In this document: piece by piece, positions 53,119-64,000 of the stretch
Layout: each line of letters begins with the position of its first letter
How positions within the stretch are numbered: the stretch's first letter is position 1
Assembly: GCA_964016885.1 (NCBI GenBank)
Contig: OZ024763.1
Span: forward strand, 16,182,001 to 16,246,000
Length of the DNA stretch: 64,000 nt
Direction of reading: 5' to 3'
From: Eledone cirrhosa
Lineage: Eukaryota
Notes under the pieces: model-generated
What the model was told of the DNA's origin: nothing
Databases searched by the model: none
Seen by the model: only the letters and a program-made list of their open reading frames with translations
Translations under genes and position numbers: made by a program

Positions 53119-53479
53119 AATACAAGTGGAAGCTTACTAAAACGAAGCTTTGGCTGTGGGCAAGCAAAGTCGACCCACAATAGGTATGAGTTAGCAAAGC
53201 ACTCAATAAGGGTAGGTCCTTAGAGTAATAACATTACGTTTAAATAGCTTGACAAATTGAACATTGCGGTAGGCAAAACCTAACCACACAATACCAAAGT
53301 AAGGAAAAAACTAACAGGTTAAAAAGATACACCTGGACAAATCAAACGATATACGTTTAAAATGTTTCTATGAATCCGAAATCAGTTATCCAACTTACGT
53401 AACAGCCACGCTCGTGGTATGTATGATCGAACAGAGGATTCATTTCATCATCAGGGATTCCATTCTGCCATTATGTATA

Positions 53480-54110
53480 TATCATCATCATCATCATTGT
53501 TTAACGTCCATATTCCACGCTTGCATGGGTTTGGACGGGAGTTTTCCCACTTGAGGCAAGAGTGGTTGTCTTGCTCGCATAGGACTGTCTGGCAGGTTTT
53601 CTACGGCTGGATGCCCTTCCTAACACCAACCACATTTACAATGTGGAACTGGGAACTTATTACCGTGTTACCTACACGGCCACATTACAGCGTGGACTGT
53701 GTGTTTTTTTGTCGTGACACCTACACGACCTCATTTGTTTCGGACTGGATGTTGTGGCACCAACATAACTTTACATTGAAAGGGGCGGTGTGGATGGTGT
53801 GGGGGTGGTGGGACAGGGGTGTATTTTGTTAGAGATGCCTACTGACTGTAGTAGGTTTTACTTTGTATTTAGGTAAGGCGGGTCTTCTCTATTACTGAGT
53901 ACCGCCAAAGATCTCGGTCCAGTGACATTGTCTTGGAGAGGTGTAAGTGTGTGAGGTCAGAATTTATCAAGTTGTCCCGTGTTTTTCTGGGTCTGCCTAC
54001 TCCGTGGCTACCGTCTATTTTTATCACCCTGCACTTTTTTATACAGTTGTCGTCTTTCATGCACATCACGTGACCATACCAACGTAGTCTTCTCTCGAGT
54101 AAACAACATC
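53480..54110 (-). mobile_element. RTE LINE 3' fragment
   Basis: [46 protein letters not shown] plus 3' UTR. Confidence 0.85.
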
Positions 54111-55034
54111 TGATCCCTCTTATTTCTAATTTTTCCCTTAATATATATATGTATATAGATTATAACGTCAAATAACTGTTGGTTCACCAGAGTGAGCACT
54201 CGATGTGTAGTCTCCAGTACGTACTTTGGGGTTGTACTAAGCAGAGTGTAGTAATAATTGTTTCTACTTTATGGCACAAGGCCAGCAATTACCCCAGTGC
54301 ATTACTGGTACTTTATTTTATCGACCCCGTAAGGATGACAGGCAAAGTTAACCTCGGCGGGATTTGAACTCAGACCATAAAGGGACGTAACTGTGCTGCA
54401 ACACATGGCATCCGACCCTCTACCGACATAAAGGGCCGTAACTCTTTGCTGCAAAGCATGGCGTCCGACCCTTTACCGATACTGCCAATCCACAGAAATA
54501 ATGATGATTATTTTAAAGAAATAAGAGAGAAGACAAAAAATAAAGGAAGGGAATTTCTGGTGGATATGTAGAATTAGGTCACATATGTAGAATTAGGTCA
54601 CATAGTCGGGTCAAGGGGCAATCAATGGCTAGCTCAGAGAAAGAGGTCAGTTACTAAAGATATTTTTGTGAAATCACCTTGTCCACACAAATATATCTGC
54701 CCAAACTTGCGCAAGACACCAGAGAGATAGTTCAGTTAATGATTAGTTCAGTTAATGATAAAGTACTTTGAATCTAAATCTGAAAAATAGAGGATCAAAT
54801 ATAGTTTGAATTCTAAGTAGGATCAAATATACTTAAAGCCATAAACACACAGCTGTGGACTCTTATAGCCACCATAAAGGTTGGTCAAGGAAGACCTGAG
54901 TAGAGGTGGTGAGAGCTGATCTCAGATCGCTGAGGCTCGCAGAGGAGATGATGAAGGAATGCGATGAGTAGAGAGATGCCATGCTGAGAAGGAACCATCC
55001 AACCCATGCAAGATGATGATGATGATTATGATGT

Positions 55035-55137
<103 letters not shown>

Positions 55138-55385
55138 AATATATATATATCACTGTAAATGTGGCTGGTGTTAGGAATATATAACAGATATGGATGTAAA
55201 CAAATGTATACATACATATACAAACAAACAGATACACACATCCATAGATATATCCGTACACACACATACTTACATATATACACATATATACACATAAATA
55301 CACCACCAGAAAATGTATAAATTCCACCATATCCCACTGACAGTGCTTTCCTGATGATTTCCTTCGAATGAAACAGTTCTAGTCT

Positions 55386-55405
55386 TGTAGAAGCCATTTC
55401 TATAT

Positions 55406-55451
<46 letters not shown>

Positions 55452-55707
55452 GAAGGAGGTGTGGTAAGGAACCAAATGGACCATAACGCACCAGAGTACT
55501 CAATACTTAGGGTAGTAGAGTGGGTAATAGGAGAAAGTATGACCCCAACGGCAGAGCTCAAGCCTTTTCGAAGTCCAGAAATAGCCGTCGAAAAGGCTTG
55601 AGCTCTGCCGTTGGGGTCATACTTTCTCCTATTACCCACTCTACTACTCTAAGTATTGAGTACTTTGGTGCGTTATGGTCCATTTGGTTCCTTACCACAA
55701 CTCTTTC

Positions 55708-55763
<56 letters not shown>

Positions 55764-55783
55764 ATATAGAAATGGCTTCTACA
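55386..55783. repeat. ~190-bp-arm inverted repeat spanning a pseudo-LTR-like element, a (TA)n tract and flanking host DNA
   Basis: 55386-55571 against 55588-55783, with a 16-bp spacer. Confidence 0.9.
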
Positions 55784-55889
55784 GGAGAGAGAGAGACGGC
55801 TATTTCTGGACTAAAGTCCAGAAATAGCCGTTGAAACGGCTTGAGCTCTGCCATCGGGGTCATACTTTCTCCTATATATATATATATAA

Positions 55890-57350
55890 CTAGGAGTAGA
55901 TGAATGGCTTGTGAAAGTTGTACAAGCCATGTATGGGGGAGCAGTCAGCAAAGTTAGGATTAGCAATGAGTATAGCGAGGAATTTAGCATACAGGTCGGT
56001 GCCCACCAGGGCTCTGTTTTTAGCCCTCTCCTGTTCATCATAGTCCTGCAGGCAATAACAGAGGAGTTTAAGACTGGATGCCCATGGGAACTCCTGTATG
56101 CAGATGACCTCGCACTTATAGCTGAATCTATGGTAGAACTAGAGAATAAATTCCAAACTTGGAAACAGGGACTAGAAAGAAAGGGTCTCAAAGTCAACCT
56201 GACAAAGACTAAGGTCCTTGTAAGTAGACGAGAAAACAGAACCCAGATTCCCTCAGGGAAATGGCCTTGCTCAGAATGTAGGAAAGGTGTAGGTAGGAAC
56301 TCCATTCTCTGCCCCAAATGCAAACAATGGGTACACAAGAAATGTAGCGGGATCTCAGGAAGCTTAACTAAGAATGTAGGCTTCACATGCAACGGCTGTA
56401 CTGGGACAGCAAGCAGCAAACAGCCACAGGAAACAAGTACCACCAATCTCTGGGAGGGCTCTGTAGAGACAGTAGACAGCTTCTGCTACCTAAGTGACCG
56501 AATTAGCAGCGGAGGTGGGTGTTCGGAAAGTACAATAACTAGGGTAAGAACGGGATGGAAGAAGTTCAGGGAGCTACTGCCACTGCTAGCTGCAAAAGGC
56601 TTTTCCTTCAAAATGAAAGGCAGACTGTATGATGCGTGTATACGAACAGCAATGTTACATGGTAGTGAAACCTGGGCGCTGTCTGTAGAAGACTTGCATA
56701 GATTAGAAAGAAACAAAGCTTGTATGCTCTGATGGATGTGTAATAGTAATATACGCAAACGGCAAAGCATAAATGAATTGAGAGAGAGACTGAGCATAAG
56801 AGGAATCAAATGCTGTGTGCAGGAGAGGAGGTTGCATTGGTATGGACATGTGATGCGTATGAAGGATGACAGCTGCGTAAAAAGGTGCAGAGCACTAGAA
56901 GTCGATGGAAACCGTGGAGTGGGGAGACCCAAGAAGACCTGGGATGAGGTGATAAAAGCCGACCTTACCCAATTATACCTCTCAAAGGCGATGACACACG
57001 ACCGTGACCTCTGGCGTCACGCAGTAATACAGAAGACCCGACCTCCCACGGGTACAAGCCGAAGCTGAAGCATATGGACAATATGCCCTACTCCACTCCC
57101 ACTACAAAGTGGTCGTGGAGGTGCCACGGCAAAAAGCACCCAGCCCACACTGTAAAGTGGACTTGCAGGCGCCATGGCAAAAAAGCACCCAGCACTCACT
57201 GTAAATGAGGTTGGTGTTAGGAAGGGCATCCAGCTGTAGAAATCAAGCTAGAATCAGTTCCCGTATGAGCAAGACAAGGTCAGCCGACTGGACACTGCCC
57301 ACAACAGGACAACCCATGCTAGCGTAAAATGGTGATGATGATGATGATGA
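55890..57350 (+). mobile_element. 5'-truncated RTE-clade LINE: RT C-terminal half, Cys/His finger insert, C-terminal domain and 3' UTR
   Basis: GAHQGSVFSPLLF, LLYADDL, KVNLTKTKV, DSFCYL, HGSETW and RRLHWYGHV motifs; a single in-frame TGA at 56730; (GAT)n tail. Confidence 0.93.
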
Positions 57351-57765
57351 TATATATATAATCCCTGTGTTAATTTATGAAACAAAATAATACCAACAAC
57401 AAACTAAAACTAATAAAAAAATATGTATGTATAATAAAATATATAAAACAATGTAGATACAAGATAAGAGCCATAAAAATGTATCAATCATAAAAATACC
57501 ACAATTAACTCTGTTGATACCAAACCACCTGAAAGCACCCACAATTTAGGGTACAAGACTGCTCATTGTGTCTACCTTTGGCACAAGATCAGCAATTATC
57601 CCCAGTGCATTACTGGTACTTTATGTTATCGACCCTGAAAGGATGAACGGCAAAGTTGACTGTTAACCTCGGTGGGATTTGAACTCAGATTGTAAAGGGC
57701 CGTTACTCTATGCTACAAAGCATGGCGTCCGACCCTCTACTGATACTGCCAATCCACCGCCCCTT

Positions 57766-57993
57766 TTAATCCTTTAGCATTCAAACCGGCTGTATCCAGC
57801 TAGAAATGTCTCACCTCTTTCTGTTCAAACCAGTTGAAACTGGCTGCTTATACTGATGTTAAGGTATTGTTCTCAAAATAAATAACATCAAAATCTCATA
57901 GATTGATATTATGGGAGATAATTATGTAAGATGAAGTATTTACTACAAAAATACAATAGTATATATAGAGTAATGTGAATGCTAAAGGGTTAA
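57766..57993 (+). mobile_element. piggyBac-like MITE, solo copy
   Basis: TTAA-flanked, with the same TIRs and body as 33112-33350. Confidence 0.8.
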
Positions 57994-58622
57994 AATAATT
58001 GTTTCTACTTTAGGCACAAGGCAAGCAATTACCCCAGTGCATTACTGGTACTTTATTTTATCGATCCTGAAAGGATGAAAGGCAAAGTACAGCTTGGTGG
58101 GATATTTTAAAAAAAACCTTTCCATTATAATTTTATATTCATATTATCTCTCTCTGTCTATATATATATATCATCATTCATCATCATCATCATCACTTTA
58201 CGTCCACTTTTCCCTGCTTGCAAAGGTGGGACGGGAACTGATTCTGGCTTGATTTCTACAGCTGGATGCCCTTCCTAACACCAACCTCATTTACAGTGAG
58301 TGCTGGGTGCTTTTTTGCCATGGCACCTCCACGACCACTTTACAGTGGAATGATAGAGACCCCAGTCCCTATCATCTCATTTTTACAGCTGAGTAAACTG
58401 GAACAATGTGAAATAAAGTGTCTTGCTCAAGGAAATAACACATCACCCAGTCTGAGAATTGAACTCACAACCTTTCGATTGCAATATATATATATATATA
58501 TATATATTTTGTTTGTTTGTTATAGCTCTGGTTCATCCGAATCATTGAGCACTTGCCACACATCTCGGAGGTTGTTTTTCGTTATTTCGTGGGCCGAAAT
58601 AGGAATCTTGATAATTTATGTT

Positions 58623-58659
<37 letters not shown>

Positions 58660-58789
58660 CTATATTAGATAATTGTTTCTACTTTAGGCACAAGGCCAGC
58701 AAAGTACCCAGTGCATTACTGGTACTTTATTTTATCGACCCCGTAAGGATGAAAGGCAAAGTCAACCTCGGCGGGATTGAACGGCGGGA

Positions 58790-59265
58790 TTCTATATTAG
58801 ATAATGATGCTTACACTGTATTAATATATTGAGTATGATGATTTCAGATGAATGAAACAGTTCTAGTCTTGTAGAAGTCATTTCTATATTAGATAATGAT
58901 GCTTGCACTGTATTAATATATTGAGTATGATGATTTCAGATGAATGAAACAGTTCTAGTCCTGTAGAAGTCATTTCTATATTAGATAATGATGCTTGCAC
59001 TGTATTAATATATTGAGTATGATGATTTCAGATGAATGAAACAGTTCTAGTCTTGTAGAAGTCATTTCTATATTAGATAATGATGCTTGCACTGTATTAA
59101 TATATTGAGTATGATGATTTCAGATGAATGAAACAGTTCTAGTCCTGTAGAAGTCATTTCTATATTAGATAATGATGCTTGCACTGTATTAATATATTGA
59201 GTATGATGATTTCAGATGAATGAAACAGTTCTAGTCTTGTAGAAGTCATTTCTATATTAGATAAT
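58790..59265. repeat. 92-bp tandem repeat (5 copies) built from sequence also found at 55366-55407 and 59448-59491
   Basis: GATGAATGAAACAG recurs every 92 bp. Confidence 0.92.
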
Positions 59266-60047
59266 TGTTTCTACTTTAGGCACAAGGCCAGCAATTACCC
59301 AGTGCATTACTGGTACTTTATTTTATCGACCCCATAAGGATGAAAGGCAAAGTCAACCTCGGCGAGATTTGAACTCAGATTGTAAAGGGACGTAACTATG
59401 CTGCAAAACATGGCGTCCGACCCTCCATGATACTGCCAATCCACCGCCATTTCTATATTAGATAATGATGCTGGCACTGTATTAATATATTTAGCCATTT
59501 GTAATTTACAAATTAGACCTAATTGAAATTATCATTCTAAGTAATGCCCTCAGATGTATGTCTCTCCTGTAAAGGAATATTTATCCAAGTAATGATTATC
59601 TTCGTTTACTGCCGTATAATTTGGACAACTTTCAGCAACATCAGTATAAACAATGTCTCTTCTCTGAAGATTCTATGCAAATATCACTTATAGCAGTGTA
59701 TTTGTGTGTGTACACATACATATATGTATGTGTACACACACAAATATCACTTATAGCAGTGTATTTGTGTGTGTACACATACATATATGTATGTGTACAC
59801 ACACAAATATCACTTATAGCAGTGTATTTGTGTGTGTACACATACTTATATGTATGTGTGTACACATACATATATGTATGTGTGTGTACTCATACATATA
59901 TGTATGAACTGTTATTTTGATATTGAATTGATGTAAAGTTTGTTTTAAAATGTATTGCTTTCTCCTCCATTTATTCTGCTTATATATATATAATATATAT
60001 ATATAATATATATATATAATATATATATATAATATATATATATAATG

Positions 60048-60106
<59 letters not shown>

Positions 60107-60278
60107 CAGAATAAATGGAGGAGAAGGCAATTCATTCTGTCATTACCACCAAAGAGGTCCGACGAGCCAGTGATTCCAGAGTCAGGCCAGATTGGTACAG
60201 ATCGAACCTTGAGCTGATCAGTAGCGAAACGTCACCAATCAATAAACGTAATGAAGGAGTAACCACTCGTCGTTGTTT

Positions 60279-60341
<63 letters not shown>

Positions 60342-61034
60342 TTAGTGGTTAGAGCATTGATTGGGCTTGCAATCGAAAGGTTGTGAGTTCAATTCTCAGA
60401 CCGGGTGATGTGTTGTTTCCTTGAGCAAGACACTTTATTTCAAATTGCTCCAGTTTACTCAGCTGTAGAAATGAGATGATAGGGACTGGAGTCCCTATCA
60501 CTCCACTGCAAAGTGGTCGTGGAGGTGCCACAGCAAAAAAGCACCCAGCACTCACTGTAAATGAGGTTGGTGTTAGGAAGGGCATCCAGCTGTAGAAATC
60601 AAGCCAGAATCAGTTCCCGTCCCACCCTTGCAAGCAGGGAAAAAGCGGACATAAAATGAAATGATGATGAATGATGATATCTAAATCAGGATGGAATCAG
60701 TTTGAAACTGGTTAGACAATTACTCAATAAAGTACTCAATACTTGGTGTAGTAGAGTATGGTTATATTGGAGTACAACTCCACACAAACTTCACCAGCAG
60801 ACCCCACTAGCACCCAGAAACACACTGAAGTAGCTCTTATTGAAGCACTTGAGCTGACAGTGTTACACTGATACACACATACCATTATGTGACAAAATAA
60901 AATAAGAGTACAGGCAACCAGTACATAAGCAGTAGTACATGTTGCACCTACTCAAGCTGCACATCCAGACCTTAAGCCACGTATGTTTACTCCTAAAGAG
61001 GTATGTACCACAACATTGTTTTCCGATAGCAGCA

Positions 61035-61232
61035 TTAACCATTTAGCATTTAAACTGGCCATATCCAGCCCAAATTCTCTCATCTCTTTTTGTTCAAACC
61101 GGCTGTAACTGGCCGTTCAATACTTATGTTAAGGTATTGTTCTCAAAATAAATAATATCAAAATCTCATAGATTCGATATCATGAGGTAATTATGTGAGG
61201 TAAAAAATACAATAGTATATATAGAGTAATGT
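61035..61232 (+). mobile_element. piggyBac-like MITE whose right subterminal sequence runs into a satellite
   Basis: Left TIR and body are intact; the right TIR is not reached within the window. Confidence 0.8.
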
Positions 61233-64000
61233 ATATATAAAGTAATGTATATATAAAGTAATGTATATATAGAGTAATGTTTATATAGAGTAATGTATAT
61301 GAGTAATGTATATATAGAGAGTAATGTATATATATAGAGTAATGTATATATAGAGTAATGTATATATAGAGTAATGTATATATAGAGAGTAATGTATATA
61401 TATAGAGTAATGTATATATAGAGTAATGTATATATAGAGTAATGTATATATAGAGTAATGTATATATAGAGTAATGTTTATATAGAGTAATGTATATATA
61501 GAGAGTAATGTATATATAGAGTAATGTATATCATGAGTAATGTATATATAGAGAGTAATGTATATATAGAGTAATGTTTATATAGAGTAATGTATATATA
61601 GAGTAATGTATATATATATATAGAGTAATGTATATAATGAGTAATGTATATATAGAGAGTAATGTATATATAGAGTAATGTATATATATAGAGTAATGTA
61701 TATATATAGAGTAATGTATATATAGAGTAATGTATATATAGAGTAATGTATATATATAGAGTAATGTATATATAGAGTAATGTATATATAGAGTAATGTA
61801 TATATAGAGTAATGTATATCATGAGTAATGTATATATAGAGAGTAATGTATATATAGAGTAATGTTTATATAGAGTAATGTATATATAGAGTAATGTATA
61901 TATATATATATATATAGAGTAATTTATATAATGAGTAATGTATATATAGAGAGTAATGTATATATAGAGTAATGTATATATATAGAGTAATGTATATATA
62001 TAGAGTAATGTATATATAGAGTAATGTATATATAGAGTAATGTATATATAGAGTAATGTATATATAGAGAGTAATGTATATATAGGGTAATGTATATATA
62101 GAGTAATGTATATATAGAGTAATGTATATATAGAGTTATGTATATATAGAGAGTAATGTATATATAGGGTAATGTATATATAGAGTAATGTATATATAGA
62201 GTAATGTATATATAGAGTAATGTATATATAGAGTAATGTATATATAGAGTAATGTATATATAGAGAGTAATGTATATATAGGGTAATGTATATATATAGA
62301 GTAATGTATATATAGAGTAATGTATATATAGAGTAATGTATATATAGAGAGTAATGTATATATAGGGTAATGTGTATATATAGTAATGTATATATAGATT
62401 AATGTATATATAGAGTAATGTATATATAGAGTAATGTATATATAGAGAAATGTATATATATAGAGTAATGTATATATAGAGTAATGTATATATAGAGTAA
62501 TGTATATATAGAGTAATGTATATATAGAGTAATGTATATATAGAGTAATGTATGTATAGATTAATGTATATATAGAGTAGTGTATATATAGAGTAATGTA
62601 TATATATAGAGTAATGTATATATAGAGTAATGTATATATAGAGTAATGTATATATAGAGTAATGTATATATAGAGTAATGTATATATAGAGTAATGTATA
62701 TATAGAGTAATGTATATATAGAGAGTAATGTATATATAGGGTAATGTATATATATAGAGTAATGTATATATAGAGTATTGTATATATAGAGTAATGTATA
62801 TATAGAGTAATGTATATATAGAGTAATGTATATATATAGTAATGTATATATAGATTAATGTATATAATGAGTAATGTATATATAGAGAGTAATGTATATA
62901 TAGAGTAATGTATATATATAGAGTAATGTATATATATAGAGTAATGTATATATAAAGTAATGTATATATAGAGTAATGTATATATATAGAGTAATGTATA
63001 TATAGAGTAATGTATATATAGAGTAATGTATATATAGAGTAATGTATATCATGAGTAATGTATATATAGAGAGTAATGTATATATAGAGTAATGTTTATA
63101 TAGAGTAATGTATATATAGAGTAATGTATATATATATATATATATAGAGTAATTTATATAATGAGTAATGTATATATAGAGAGTAATGTATATATAGAGT
63201 AATGTATATATATAGAGTAATGTATATATATAGAGTAATGTATATATAGAGTAATGTATATATAGAGTAATGTATATATAGAGTAATGTATATATAGAGA
63301 GTAATGTATATATAGGGTAATGTATATATAGAGTAATGTATATATAGAGTAATGTATATATAGAGTTATGTATATATAGAGAGTAATGTATATATAGGGT
63401 AATGTATATATAGAGTAATGTATATATAGAGTAATGTATATATAGAGTAATGTATATATAGAGTAATGTATATATAGAGTAATGTATATATAGAGAGTAA
63501 TGTATATATAGGGTAATGTATATATATAGAGTAATGTATATATAGAGTAATGTATATATAGAGTAATGTATATATAGAGAGTAATGTATATATAGGGTAA
63601 TGTGTATATATAGTAATGTATATATAGATTAATGTATATATAGAGTAATGTATATATAGAGTAATGTATATATAGAGAAATGTATATATATAGAGTAATG
63701 TATATATAGAGTAATGTATATATAGAGTAATGTATATATAGAGTAATGTATATATAGAGTAATGTATATATAGAGTAATGTATGTATAGATTAATGTATA
63801 TATAGAGTAGTGTATATATAGAGTAATGTATATATATAGAGTAATGTATATATAGAGTAATGTATATATAGAGTAATGTATATATAGAGTAATGTATATA
63901 TAGAGTAATGTATATATAGAGTAATGTATATATAGAGTAATGTATATATAGAGAGTAATGTATATATAGGGTAATGTATATATATAGAGTAATGTATATA
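61217..64000. repeat. ~16-bp satellite TATATATAGAGTAATG with a 1230-bp higher-order duplication
   Basis: Rare variants recur 1230 bp apart (61821/63051; 62373/63603). Confidence 0.95.

Overview
AT-rich, microsatellite-laden animal DNA; the SINE/LINE content suggests an octopod cephalopod (inference). The window is mostly introns of one minus-strand gene. I traced 20 phase-compatible GT-AG exons from 48560 down to 1192 (about 1,660 codons), and the gene continues past the left edge. It encodes a long low-complexity N-terminus with ~45 KPDHMT hexapeptides, followed by many SFI1-type Trp repeats (SFI1/C1orf167/CCDC191-like, probably centrin-binding). The introns hold a CRE-clade endonuclease remnant, several RTE-type LINE fragments, two tRNA-derived SINE families, a TTAA-flanked piggyBac-like MITE, Penelope-like remnants and many tandem arrays. 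The most notable observations are: (1) a diverse set of minimal hammerhead ribozymes in Penelope-like pseudo-LTRs, several sharing a downstream ATTGAGTRCTT motif and forming fold-backs; (2) a six-copy minisatellite made of a real 3' splice site plus exon start; (3) satellites repeatedly born from pieces of dispersed transposons; (4) a reading frame split by a ~4 kb stack of insertions. Most ORFs in the supplied track are repeat artefacts. All calls were made by eye, with no database searches.
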